Positions 1 through 10,708 of a stretch of DNA of 32,000 nt are shown piece by piece; the first letter of the stretch is position 1, and every line of letters begins with the position of its first letter. The notes beneath the pieces were generated by a model. That model saw nothing but the letters and a program-made list of their open reading frames with translations, had not been told where the DNA came from and did not search any database. The stretch comes from Trichodesmium erythraeum IMS101 (GTDB lineage: Bacteria; Cyanobacteriota; Cyanobacteriia; Cyanobacteriales; Microcoleaceae). The translations under genes were made by a program, and so were the position numbers. Location of the stretch: contig NC_008312.1 in NCBI RefSeq assembly GCF_000014265.1, positions 4,200,001-4,232,000 on the forward strand, written 5' to 3'.

Positions 1-150
1 ATTCTGAATATTTCTGGTTATTGGTGAATTGTAGACTAACCAAGTTATAGCTATTGCCTCGGAAGTTAATTCTGAAAATTCTAACTGGGTTGCTTCTATA
101 ATATCTTTACCCAGAATATTGAGTTGCTCATCTTTATTAAAGAATGTCAT
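1..150 (-). CDS. hypothetical protein, first 50 codons only (gene continues past the left edge)
   Basis: ATG at 150-148 on the minus strand opens a stop-free frame to position 1: MTFFNKDEQLNILGKDIIEATQLEFSELTSEAIAITWLVYNSPITRNIQN. No motif recognised. Absent from the ORF track, probably because it is truncated. Confidence 0.3.
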   Translation of the reverse strand, partial: MTFFNKDEQLNILGKDIIEATQLEFSELTSEAIAITWLVYNSPITRNIQN

Positions 151-1887
151 TTCAGTTATCAGTTACAGGAGATTTCATCTAAGTTTATCTTAGAATGTTG
201 AATATAAATGTAATAGTAAATATCAATAATTTATAGCTCTTGAGAATGCAATTATTTGGGAACTAAAGCAGCAAATAGAATGCATTTACCAATTATTCAT
301 TAAACTTGTAGTTTAATCACCAAAAAAAACTGACTGCTTTTAACTCTAGTATCAGAATTTATAGTTGTAGATTTGCTCACTTTACTACTATCTCACTACA
401 ATACTAATATTCTAATTTTATATGAAAAAAATTTTGTTCCAATGGATGGTTCTACTCGGAACAGTATTTTTATGACTAAAACTCTGAATTAAAAAATTAG
501 TAGCTCTATAGATATAGTGATATTTATAACTAAACTCCTTTGACTCTCAGAAGTCTAATGCCATTTTCAAAAAATTTTGTAGAAATATGGAGATTAACAA
601 TGTAAGAACTTTTTTGATTTGGTATAACTGTAAAAATGACTAGCTGTAAACAAAATTGCAAAAATTGTATAAGCCAATTTTTTTATCTCAGTTAATATGT
701 AATTATTCAGCTATTGAATGCTTACGGTGATATAGTTGATATTCAATATTTTTAATAGGTTTATCTCACCTATAATAAAAAAGGAATAGTTTCCTATTTT
801 ATTGAGTCTTAATTTTATCCTATTGTTTGTACTTTTACAGAATAAATTTTGGAGGTATATGAATATATTAATTTTTCGTTATTAGGGATAGAAAGCAGAT
901 AGCTTTAAATAAAGGAATATTATTATACTATGCTTTTTAAAATCTATGGATTAACGTTTATGATCATCAAGTATGATTGAGAATTATAGATATTATTCTC
1001 GCAGTATTATCTGTATATCTAATCTATAGATTAGGTAATTAATTTTTTTACAAAAAAGTTGGTGTTTTTTCCACATTTTCCCTAACTCTTTCTCGATTAT
1101 TTATCAATCATGCTTAATAAAATAGAGTCTTACTAGTTTTCATATATATGTTAGGCGTTAGTTTGGGTTTAGTAACTTATTATATAACTTCCCAAGGATA
1201 CATGAAAGGATTATATCACTACATATCAATAGTTCAATTGATTGAAATTCAAGATAGAGGTGAAGTAATTATTTACTCTACATTTCATGGTAATTTTTTT
1301 TCTATCAATGGTGATTATTTTCCTCTAGCTTACTATTATTGAGGTTATGATTATGTATATGTTAATAAGATGGAAAAAAAGATAAATTAAATATTCGAGT
1401 GGATTTAAAAAATTGGATTGAAACTTTACCCTCTACAAGCTCACGTATATATTTGATATATTATGGAGAATATATGAATCTTTTTAAGTCTTTATCTGCA
1501 CAGCAATTGATAATTGAATCACAGGAAATTATTGGTAATGCGAATATACTATGGCTGATTCCTAAGCTTAATAAAAAATGACGAATAACTAGATTATTAA
1601 TATCTCGAAAAAAAATTAATAAACTTGATTAGTGTATAGCTATAGTTGAAAAAAATGATGATTAACTAACATATTAATAGCTCAAAAAAAATCAATAAAA
1701 TTGATCATAATTTGCCTATAAACACTTATCATCTTTAAGTATAAACTTTTAATTTTCCCTCGATTTATAAATTACTTTTATTTCCTCCAAAAGCAATATT
1801 TGTTAGCTGAAAACTTACAGATTTTAGAGGGCAAAGACAAATATTCAGCAGTTATAAACAGAGTTAACAGAGTTATTTGTGTACTTT

Positions 1888-2796
1888 ATGAAAAAAGTTT
1901 TGTCGGATATTAAACCTTATCTGCGATGGATTATTTTAGGAGCTACCCTATTTTTTCTAGTTAAAACTCTGAAAGACAACTGGGAACAAGTTCTGCAAAT
2001 TAGGATTAGTGATTCTGGGTGGATAAGTTTAGGAACTGCTTTTCTGATCACAATAATGGCTCATGTCTGGTCTGGATGGGTATGGTTTTGGATTATTAAA
2101 GAATTTAATCAATTAGTTAATTTTCCTTGGGCTATTAGAGTATATCTGCTGACGAATATTGCTAAGTATTTACCAGGAAATATATGGCATTTTTATGGGC
2201 GTATTACTGAAGTAAAAAAAGTAGGAGTACCTATTGAAATTGCTATTTTAAGTGTATTAATAGAACCACTGTTAATGGCAGCAGCAGCTTTAATAGTTGC
2301 TTTAGTTGGCTCTACTCAAGAAAGTTTTTTTTTACAATTATTCTGTTTTTTTTCAGTTATTTGTATTATTCATCCACGAATTTTAAACCCAATCATTAAG
2401 TGTTTAGTTAAAATTAAATTAAAGTTTAAAAAAATTGATTTAGAGCCAGACAATGAATTAGTATTAGAACGTTATCCTATCAAGCCCTTTGTGGGAGAAG
2501 TTTGTTTTGTTCTGCTTCGAGGTTCTGGATTTTTGTTGACAATTTTGGCATTTAATTCTATTGAATTTAATCAAATTTTATTGATATTTAGTGCTTTTAG
2601 TTTCGCCTGGTTATTAGGTTTAGTTGTTCCAGGAGCTCCTGGAGGTGTTGGGGTATTTGAAGCAACTGCTTTAGCTTTATTGGAGCAAAAATTTGCTCCT
2701 GGAATTGTTTTGAGTGCTGTTGCATTTTATCGCTTGATTAGTGTTTTAGCTGAAACTTTTGCTGCTGGTTTAGCTTGGTTAAAACAAAAAATTTAA
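1888..2796 (+). CDS. UPF0104 / lysyl-phosphatidylglycerol-synthase-TM-like (flippase-like) integral membrane protein
   Basis: ORF 1879..2796 (GTG); the ATG at 1888 gives MKKVLSD. It has multiple hydrophobic helices and family-typical motifs: YLPGNIWHFYGR and PGAPGGVGVFE near the C-terminus. Confidence 0.8.
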   Translation: MKKVLSDIKPYLRWIILGATLFFLVKTLKDNWEQVLQIRISDSGWISLGTAFLITIMAHVWSGWVWFWIIKEFNQLVNFPWAIRVYLLTNIAKYLPGNIWHFYGRITEVKKVGVPIEIAILSVLIEPLLMAAAALIVALVGSTQESFFLQLFCFFSVICIIHPRILNPIIKCLVKIKLKFKKIDLEPDNELVLERYPIKPFVGEVCFVLLRGSGFLLTILAFNSIEFNQILLIFSAFSFAWLLGLVVPGAPGGVGVFEATALALLEQKFAPGIVLSAVAFYRLISVLAETFAAGLAWLKQKI

Positions 2797-3101
2797 AACT
2801 AAAAATTTAAAAGTTAAAGCTATAAAATTTAGGAATAATTTATGAGATATTTAAGAAGAATTAAGAGAAATAAAATTCCTTTTATATTTTAACTCCTAAG
2901 GTCTAACATCACTAATATCTCATAACTGAAATATGATTCCAAAAGAAGTAACAAGTCAAGTTATTGTGGTCAGTTATGGAAAAAAACCATGGAGGATAAA
3001 GATATCGGGACAGCGGTTGATATCATGCTAGACTTTTCATATATTGTAATAATCTCTGACTGTTCGCGGTTGGGAGTATATCAACAAAGGTTACAAAATT
3101 T

Positions 3102-4340
3102 GTGAAAGTATTTAAAACACTTGACCCTAAACAACAGCGCAGTCTAATGATTTTATTTTTAGCTGGTTTATTATTTTGGTCAAGTATAACTACTTTATTG
3201 CCAACTTTGCCTCTATATCTAAATTATATCGGAGGCACAAAACAACAAATTGGTTTTGTTTTGGGTTGCTTTTCTATGGGACTATTATTATCACGATTTA
3301 TTTTAGCGCCCATAGCAGATACAAAAAGTCGAAAGTTGGTTCTAATAGTTGGCACAAGTGTAGCAGCGATCGCCCCACTCGGTTATCTACTATTCAAGTC
3401 TTTTCTTTTTTTAATGTTAGTTCGTGCTTTTCATGGCATTAGCATTGCTGGAGTTACCATTGGTTATACTGCTTTAGTAGCTGACTTGTCTCCTCCTGGT
3501 CGTCGGGGAGAATTAATTGGTTATATGAGTTTATGTACTCCAATAGGTATGGCTATTGGACCTACAGTAGGTGGTTTTTTAGTAGAAGCTAATGAGTATG
3601 TGCCTTTATTTATAGTTTGCTCTACTTTAGGAATTGCTAGCTTATTATTTAGTATTCTTGTTTCAGAATCATCTGCAATAGCACAAAAAAATCTCCATTC
3701 CCATCAGTTTGAGCAACAAAAGTTATGGCAAATATTGGGGAGTCGTAGGGTTTTGGTTCCTGTTTTTGTGATGTTGATAGTAGGTTTAATATTTGGCACA
3801 ACTACTACTTTTCTACCACTGTATATTCAGGAAAATAGCATAGCTCTGAATGCTGGAATTTTTTATACTGTAAGGGGCATCACTAATTTGCTCATTCGCA
3901 TTTTTACTGGGCGAGCTTCTGATAAATTTGGTCGTGGCGTTTTTATTAGTAGCGGTCTAGTATTTAGCTTATTGGGTATGTTGACTTTGTGGACAGCAAA
4001 TAGTAGGAATATGATTTTACTGGCAGCTATTTTGGGGGGGTCTTCTAGTGGTTTAATCTTACCAATGATGATTACTTTGATGACTGACCGATGCCCTCCA
4101 GATCAAAGAGGCAAGTTTTTCTCTCTTTGTATTGGTGGCTTTGATGTAGGAATAGCTATAGCTGGACCTACTTTCGGTCTTGTTGCCGAACAAATAGGTT
4201 ATAGAAGTATGTTTGCTATTGATGCTATTCTTGCTTCCATAGCGATCGCTACATTTATTACTTTGTCAAACAGTAACTTGCCCCATTCCATCAGATTTGC
4301 TTTTGGTCGGGGGCAAGATACTTATGCTATTAATCATTAA
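3102..4340 (+). CDS. MFS transporter
   Basis: 412-aa ORF with a GTG start and about 12 predicted hydrophobic helices. MFS loop signatures are present: DTKSRKLVL after TM2 and GRASDKFGRG after TM8. Confidence 0.85.
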   Translation: MKVFKTLDPKQQRSLMILFLAGLLFWSSITTLLPTLPLYLNYIGGTKQQIGFVLGCFSMGLLLSRFILAPIADTKSRKLVLIVGTSVAAIAPLGYLLFKSFLFLMLVRAFHGISIAGVTIGYTALVADLSPPGRRGELIGYMSLCTPIGMAIGPTVGGFLVEANEYVPLFIVCSTLGIASLLFSILVSESSAIAQKNLHSHQFEQQKLWQILGSRRVLVPVFVMLIVGLIFGTTTTFLPLYIQENSIALNAGIFYTVRGITNLLIRIFTGRASDKFGRGVFISSGLVFSLLGMLTLWTANSRNMILLAAILGGSSSGLILPMMITLMTDRCPPDQRGKFFSLCIGGFDVGIAIAGPTFGLVAEQIGYRSMFAIDAILASIAIATFITLSNSNLPHSIRFAFGRGQDTYAINH

Positions 4341-4342
4341 AA

Positions 4343-4415
4343 CGGGCCTGGAGGGATTCGAACCCCCGACCTCATGGTCCGTAGCCACGCACTCTATCCA
4401 CTAAGCTACAGGCCC
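4343..4415 (-). tRNA. tRNA-Arg (anticodon ACG)
   Basis: The reverse complement GGGCCTGTAGCTTAGTGGATAGAGTGCGTGGCTACGGACCATGAGGTCGGGGGTTCGAATCCCTCCAGGCCCG folds as a cloverleaf. It has a 7-bp acceptor stem, D arm, anticodon stem CGTGG/CCATG with loop CTACGGA (ACG), a GGGGG/CCCTC T stem with TTCGAAT loop, and discriminator G. No CCA is encoded. Confidence 0.95.
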
Positions 4416-4509
4416 TTTTGCATATTTTTAGCATCAGATTAAATGAAACTTTTTGGGAATCAGTTTTTCTTTTGCACTTAATAATATAAGTATAGCATAA
4501 ATAAATAGA

Positions 4510-5010
4510 ATGACAAGGGATTTTTCTAAATTTGAGCAAAATTTAACTCATTTGGACTCTGAGGGTGCAGTTAAAATGGTTGATGTCTCTACTAAAGTGC
4601 AGACTATACGTCAAGCTGAAGCAGCGGGACAAGTGCGGATGTTACCTGAAACTTTTGAGGCTATTCAAAGAGGTAATAGTCCAAAGGGTGATGTTTTGGG
4701 TACTGCTAAATTAGCAGGAATTATGGCTGCCAAGCAAACTGCTCAACTTATTCCTTTATGTCATCCGTTGCCTTTACAAAAGATAGACATAGAGTTAATT
4801 CCTGATCCTCATTTACCTGGATATCAGATTCGGGCAATGGTGAAGACTAAGGCGGAAACTGGGGTGGAAATGGAGGCTTTGACAGCGGTTTCTGTGGCTG
4901 CTTTGACTTTGTATGATATGGCTAAGGCTTTGGAAAAGTCTATTTCTATTGAGTTAATTCGTCTTTTGAGTAAGAGTGGCGGGAAGTCTGGGGATTATAT
5001 GGTGAAATGA
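4510..5010 (+). CDS. moaC: cyclic pyranopterin monophosphate synthase MoaC
   Basis: 166 aa. The MoaC hallmark stretches [38 protein letters not shown] and [21 protein letters not shown] are present. Confidence 0.93.
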   Translation: MTRDFSKFEQNLTHLDSEGAVKMVDVSTKVQTIRQAEAAGQVRMLPETFEAIQRGNSPKGDVLGTAKLAGIMAAKQTAQLIPLCHPLPLQKIDIELIPDPHLPGYQIRAMVKTKAETGVEMEALTAVSVAALTLYDMAKALEKSISIELIRLLSKSGGKSGDYMVK

Positions 5011-5398
5011 AAACTCAAAAGTCAAAAGTTCAGTCAAAACTAAAATTGAAGTACGCAAAATCAATTTTTAATTTGCTGTTTAATTTATGGCCAGGTAATT
5101 TCATCTGATTCAGGTATACTACTGCTGGGCTTTGTTAAATACTTTGGGAAGGTTTGAATGTTAATACTTTGATTTCATATATTTGTAATTTACTGATTCT
5201 GTTAATTAACTCTAATCTCTAATCCTATAAGGGTCAAAAATGGACTGGTTATTTTTACTGATAGTTATAGCAGTTTTGGTTATGAGGGATTCTATATTTT
5301 TTTAGATAAAGAATATTTTCAAATAATCTCCAAATTACTGAGTTGCCTTTACAATGTTTGAATAAATTGAACAGTAATAAATTTTTTAAGAGTATTTT

Positions 5399-5656
5399 AT
5401 GCCTCCTCGTTGGCCTCGCAAACCTGACCGTAATGATCCAGAGTTCCGGAAGTTGGATGATCGAATGAATTTTGCTATTCATGTAGCTACCTTTGCTGCT
5501 AGTAATTCTGGTTTATGGTTCTTCCGTAATGTCACAGCAGCAAGTTGGCCTTGGGCTATCTGGGTAACAGGTGGTTGGGTATTTTTATTGTTAATTCATG
5601 GATTATATATTTTTGTACTTGCAGATTATACCACCACTTCTAAGGATTCTGGATAA
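5399..5656 (+). CDS. small membrane protein, 2TM-domain-like
   Basis: 85 aa. A basic N-terminus is followed by two hydrophobic helices (NFAIHVATFAASNSGLWFF and WAIWVTGGWVFLLLIHGLYIFV), which resembles the 2TM family layout. Confidence 0.65.
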   Translation: MPPRWPRKPDRNDPEFRKLDDRMNFAIHVATFAASNSGLWFFRNVTAASWPWAIWVTGGWVFLLLIHGLYIFVLADYTTTSKDSG

Positions 5657-5706
5657 GAAAATTAGAGTGATTATGTAGCTTACGAAATTTAGGTTGAATT
5701 ATTATT

Positions 5707-6015
5707 ATGGCTAATGGTAGTACAACACAAATAATTGAAAGTTTGGCAGCAGAAATAGGGGATAAAGTTTATATGGATATTACTGGTTGGCATCTCTATT
5801 TATCTGATGCGAAACTACATTTAAATTTGGCAGAAAAGTTTTATCCTATTCTGACTGAAGAAGTACCTTCAGAGGCTCAGGTTATGGAAATATTACAGGG
5901 TGTTCCTGTTAAGTTAGGTGCTGGTAGAAAGCAGGTTCCTTTGATAGATTTATTGCCAATACATTGTCAGAGTGATCTGATGGAGGTTTTGGCAGAGTTT
6001 CGAGAAAATATTTAA
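5707..6015 (+). CDS. conserved cyanobacterial hypothetical protein (possibly DUF3181-like)
   Basis: 102-aa ORF with an ATG start and non-repetitive composition. The family assignment is from memory of similar N-termini (LAAEIG..VY.D...WHLYL) and is not verified. Confidence 0.6.
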   Translation: MANGSTTQIIESLAAEIGDKVYMDITGWHLYLSDAKLHLNLAEKFYPILTEEVPSEAQVMEILQGVPVKLGAGRKQVPLIDLLPIHCQSDLMEVLAEFRENI

Positions 6016-6029
6016 TTTTAACCAATATT

Positions 6030-6074
6030 CTTAGTAAGCATTCAGCTATTAGCGCTTGCTACTTAAGTTTTTTT
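6030..6074 (+). terminator. candidate intrinsic terminator after the 5707..6015 CDS
   Basis: An imperfect hairpin, cttagtaagc ... gcttgctacttaag (two bulges), is followed by a 7-nt T run at 6068-6074. It begins 15 nt after the stop codon. Confidence 0.3.
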
Positions 6075-6453
6075 GTGAAGTCATTGAAAATCTTTGCTAT
6101 TAACACCTAAGGTTTATGGATTCACTTTAATTTATATTTGATAATGAGAGCTTGAAATCTCTCAATACTTTTTACAAATTTATTTTAGATAAAGTCAACT
6201 GCTGAATGTTTAAAAAGAGGAGCTGAGTGATAAATAATGTCAATTTTAAGAAAGAATAATTGTGACTTTTTTATCATAAAAAATTATCTGAAAAATTAGT
6301 TTGGTTGAAGTTATCTATTAATTCCTTAAGCTTTCAATAACTTTCTGGGTAATCTCAGGATTAATTATTAATTAACTTTAACTCTATAATCTTTTATTTT
6401 GTTAGTTTACTCTCAGTAAAAATCAATAAAAAATTAAGGTCTCAAGCTTCCTC

Positions 6454-9105
6454 GTTGAGCTAATAAATAATCTGCTGGTTTCTCAGAAATTACGGATATT
6501 TTATTGGAAAAGTTTAAGTTGAGCTAATAAATAATCTGCTGATTTTTCAGAAATTACGGATATTTTATTGGAAAAGTTTCAGGGGAAATTTATAAGTAAA
6601 AGGTGGTAGCTATAGTTTAGCGATCGCTATTTTTATCTGAGTTATATTTGAGTTAATATTTTTGATAAAACTTGGGATAAGATAGCCTTAAATATCTATT
6701 TATAAATTTAGGTAACTCCAAGTTGAGCTAATAAATAATCTGCTGGTTTTTCAGAAATTACGGATATTTTATTGGAAAAGTTTCAGGGGAAATTTATAAG
6801 TAAAAGGTGGTAGCTATAGTTTAGCGATCGCTATTTTTATCTGAGTTATATTTGAGTTAATATTTTTGATAAAACTTGGGATAAGACAGCCTTAAATATC
6901 TATTTATAAATTTAGGTAACTCCAAGTTGAGCTAATAAATAATCTGCTGGTTTTTCAGAAATTACGGATATTTTATTGGAAAAGTTTAAGGGGAAATTTA
7001 TAAGTAAAAGGTGGTAACTATAGTTTGGCGATCGCTATTTTTATCTGAGTTATATTTGAGTTAATATTTTTGATAAAACTTGGGATAAGATAGCCTTAAA
7101 TATCTATTTATAAATTTAGGTAACTCCAAGTTGAGCTAATAAATAATCTGCTGGTTTTTCAGAAATTACGGATATTTTATTGGAAAAGTTTCAGGGGAAA
7201 TTTATAAGTAAAAGGTGGTAGCTATAGTTTAGCGATCGCTGTTTTTATCTAACTTATATTTGAGTTAATATTTTTGATAAAACTTGGGATAAGACAGTCT
7301 TAAATATCTATTTATAAATTTAGGTAACTCCAAGTTGAGCTAATAAATAATCTGCTGGTTTCTCAGATAAATAATCTGCTGGTTTTTCAGAAATTACGGA
7401 TATTTTATTTGAAAGGTTTAAGGGGAAATTTATAATTAAAAGGTGGTAACTATAGTTTGGCGATCGCTATTTTTATCTGAGTTATATTTGAGTTAATATT
7501 TTTGATAAAACTTGGGATAAGACAGTCTTAAATATCTATTTATAAATTTAGTTAACTCTAAGTTGAGCTGATAAATAATCTGCTGGTTTCTCAGATAAAT
7601 AATCTGCTGGTTTTTCAGAAATTACGGATATTTTATTTGAAAGGTTTAAGGGGAAATTTATAATTAAAAGGTGGTAACTATAGTTTGGCGATCGCTATTT
7701 TTATCTGAGTTATATTTGAGTTAATATTTTTGATAAAACTTGGGATAAGACAGTCTTAAATATCTATTTATAAATTTAGGTAACTCCAAGTTGAGCTAAT
7801 AAATAATCTGCTGGTTTTTCAGAAATTACGGATATTTTATTGGAAAAGTTTCAGGGGAAATTTATAACTAAAAGGTGGTAGCTATAGTTTAGCGATCGCT
7901 ATTTTTATCTGAGTTATATTTGAGTTAATATTTTTGATAAAACTTGGGAGAAGACATTCTTAAATATCTATTTATAAATTTAGGTAACTCCAAGTTGAGC
8001 TAATAAATAATCTGCTGGTTTTTCAGAAATTACGGATATTTTATTGGAAAAGTTTCAGGGGAAATTTATAAGTAAAAGGTGGTAACTATAGTTTGGCGAT
8101 CGCTATTTTTATCTGAGTTATATTTGAGTTAATATTTTTGATAAAACTTGGGATAAGATAGCCTTAAATATCTATTTATAAATTTAGGTAACTCCAAGTT
8201 GAGCTAATAAATAATCTGCTGGTTTTTCAGAAATTACGGATATTTTATTGGAAAAGTTTCAGGGGAAATTTATAAGTAAAAGGTGGTAGCTATAGTTTAG
8301 CGATCGCTATTTTTATCTGAGTTATATTTGAGTTAATATTTTTGATAAAACTTGGGATAAGACAGTCTTAAATATCTATTTATAAATTTAGGTAACTCCA
8401 AGTTGAGCTAATAAATAATCTGCTGGTTTCTCAGAAATTACGGATATTTTATTGGAAAAGTTTCAGGGGAAATTTATAAGTAAAAGGTGGTAGCTATAGT
8501 TTAGCGATCGCTATTTTTATCTGAGTTATATTTGAGTTAATATTTTTGATAAAACTTGGGATAAGACAGCCTTAAATATCTATTTATAAATTTAGGTAAC
8601 TCCAAGTTGAGCTAATAAATAATCTGCTGGTTTTTCAGAAATTACGGATATTTTATTGGAAAAGTTTCAGGGGAAATTTATAAGTAAAAGGTGGTAGCTA
8701 TAGTTTAGCGATCGCTATTTTTATCTGAGTTATATTTGAGTTAATATTTTTGATAAAACTTGGGATAAGACAGTCTTAAATATCTATTTATAAATTTAGG
8801 TAACTCCAAGTTGAGCTAATAAATAATCTGCTGATTTTTCAGAAATTACGGATATTTTATTGGAAAAGTTTAAGGGGAAATTTATAAGTAAAAGGTGGTA
8901 GCTATAGTTTGGCGATCGCTATTTTTATCTGAGTTATATTTGAGTTAATATTTTTGATAAAACTTGGGATAAGATAGCCTTAAATATCTATTTATAAATT
9001 TAGGTAACTCCAAGTTGAGCTAATAAATAATCTGCTGGTTTTTCAGAAATTACGGATATTTTATTGGAAAAGTTTCAGGGGAAATTTATAAGTAAAAGGT
9101 GGTAG
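6454..9105. repeat. tandem array 1: 204-bp unit, 13 units plus a 64-bp partial unit; two units are 228 bp
   Basis: The anchor gttgagc recurs at 6454 (partial), 6518, 6722, 6926, 7130, 7334, 7562, 7790, 7994, 8198, 8402, 8606, 8810 and 9014. Each unit carries one HIP1 site. No ORF of 60 aa or more occurs in any frame. Confidence 0.97.
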
Positions 9106-10269
9106 CTATAGTTTAGCGATCGCTGTTTCTATCCGACTAATACCTTCGCGAATATTTTCAATAGAATTAGCATAAGACAACCTTAAATATCCATCTCCAA
9201 ATTTTCCATAAGCAGTTCCGGGTAATAAAGCAACTCCAGCTTCAGCTAATAAATAATCTGCCAATTTATTGGAACTTATTGGTAATTGTTTCACATTTGG
9301 AAAAGCATAAAAAGCACCTGCTGGTTTTCGACAATTAATACCTGAAATAGAATTTAAACCATCCACAATAACATCACGTCTTTGTTTAAATTCTGCGAAT
9401 ATTTTTTTGACAAACTCCTGAGAATTTTTGATGGCTTCTATGCCAGCTATTTGAGTAAATGAACAAGCACAGGAATTAGAATTTAACATCAATTTATCTA
9501 ACTTTTCTGCTATTGCTTTGGGAGAAATAGAATAACCTAAACGCCATCCAGTCATAGCATAAGTTTTTGAGTGCCCATCTAATAAAATTGTACGTTCTTT
9601 CATACTAGGAAAACTGATGATACTGGTAAATTTTGAGTCGTAGTTTAAGTGGGAGTAAATTTCATCAGAGAGAACATAAAAATTATGTTTAACTGCTAAT
9701 TTAGCTATGGCTTCTAAATACTCAGGAGTTAACACACTACCAGTAGGGTTATGGGGAGAATTAATAATTAATAATTTTGTTTTTTCTGAAATAGAATTAA
9801 CTAGATTATCTATACTAAATTGAAAATCTAATTCCTCTAACAAAGGTAATGGAATAGGTTTCCCTCCCACTAAATTAATTACTGATTCATAAACAGGAAA
9901 TCCAGGGTTTGGATAAATCACTTCATCTCCTGAATTTATTAATGCTAAAAGAGTAAAAAATATGACTGGTTTTGCTCCTGGCATTACTACTACTTCATCA
10001 GAATTAACTGATATATTTCTAGTTTGAGAAATATGTTCTGCTATGACTTCTCGTAACTTTAATAAACCTGCTGCTGGAGTATAAGTTGTATAGCCATCAT
10101 TCATAGCTTGGAAAGCAGCTTCGCGAATATTTTTAGGAGTCTTAAAATCAGGTTGACCTATTTCTAAATGAATAATATTTCGACCTTGAGATTCTAATTG
10201 TTTTGCTTTAGTAAAAACTTCAATTGCAGCATCTCCGCCTAAGCTATTCATTCTTGTTGCAAAATTCAT
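9106..10269 (-). CDS. pyridoxal-phosphate-dependent aminotransferase, class I/II (aspartate-aminotransferase-like)
   Basis: 387 aa. It has the PLP-lysine motif SKTYAMTGWRLGY, NSPHNPTGSV and a typical fold-type-I layout. Confidence 0.93.
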   Translation of the reverse strand: MNFATRMNSLGGDAAIEVFTKAKQLESQGRNIIHLEIGQPDFKTPKNIREAAFQAMNDGYTTYTPAAGLLKLREVIAEHISQTRNISVNSDEVVVMPGAKPVIFFTLLALINSGDEVIYPNPGFPVYESVINLVGGKPIPLPLLEELDFQFSIDNLVNSISEKTKLLIINSPHNPTGSVLTPEYLEAIAKLAVKHNFYVLSDEIYSHLNYDSKFTSIISFPSMKERTILLDGHSKTYAMTGWRLGYSISPKAIAEKLDKLMLNSNSCACSFTQIAGIEAIKNSQEFVKKIFAEFKQRRDVIVDGLNSISGINCRKPAGAFYAFPNVKQLPISSNKLADYLLAEAGVALLPGTAYGKFGDGYLRLSYANSIENIREGISRIETAIAKL

Positions 10270-10708
10270 CTTAAATAATTGCTGGAGATTCCCACTTTAA
10301 TTTTTGATGATCGTGGTGAAAGGAAAGCAACCAGCATATAAATTACTTTCCTCTAAAGTATTCGAGTAAACTTAATTACTCAAAATGTAAACTATCAATT
10401 TTTTTTACGTTTAGTGCTTTTAGATAATTGTTTAAATTCCGTAAATATTTCAGAAATATCAAATAAGTTTAATTGAACTAGAGTATCTAAAACTTGGGCT
10501 AGTTGAGATTGAAAAATTTTGATATTTTTTTGCTTAACTAACTCACGAAAACTATAGGTATAACCCTCAATTTTATGTGTATCTTTGCCAGACTTGTGAC
10601 TGATACTTTGATTTGCTCTGGTTTTAGATATTTTACAAGAGAAATTTAGCGGAACTGTACCTCATAAACTACTGAATGGGCTGTATTTTTTCTACTTCTA
10701 TTCATTTA

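Noticed and set aside
1148-1581. ORFs 1148..1342 and 1399..1581 as genes
   Set aside because: They are short and low-complexity (AT-codon rich: I, Y, N, K, L). They have no recognisable motif, no convincing RBS and one GTG start. They are indistinguishable from chance ORFs in AT-rich DNA.
3176-3442. ORF 3176..3442 (+)
   Set aside because: It lies wholly inside the MFS transporter CDS in another frame and has a low-complexity translation.
4343-4415. tRNA-Arg as the attachment site of a genomic island
   Set aside because: There is no integrase and no direct repeat of the tRNA 3' end nearby. The flanking genes (MFS transporter, moaC) look like ordinary chromosome.
4416-4509. A Moco riboswitch upstream of moaC
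   Set aside because: The leader is only 94 nt and AT-rich. It lacks the conserved GC-rich helices of the Moco RNA motif as far as I can judge by eye.
5255-5482. ORF 5255..5482 (-)
   Set aside because: It overlaps the start of the better-supported 2TM-protein CDS on the opposite strand. No motif was found and its composition is typical of an antisense artefact.
6454-9105. Array 1 as a CRISPR array or a repeat-protein gene
   Set aside because: Units are contiguous with no unique spacers, and the 204-bp period is far too long for CRISPR repeats. No cas genes are present. Stops occur in all six frames (no ORF of 60 aa or more).
10405-10650. An open frame of about 85 codons on the minus strand between the sulfotransferase and the aminotransferase (…KIEGYTYSFRELVKQKNIKIFQSQLAQVLDTLVQLNLFDISEIFTEFKQLSKSTKRKKN-stop)
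   Set aside because: It has no ATG, GTG or TTG start giving a reasonable length, and I recognise no family. It may be a gene remnant, but I cannot support it as a feature. A tBLASTn or HMM search would decide.
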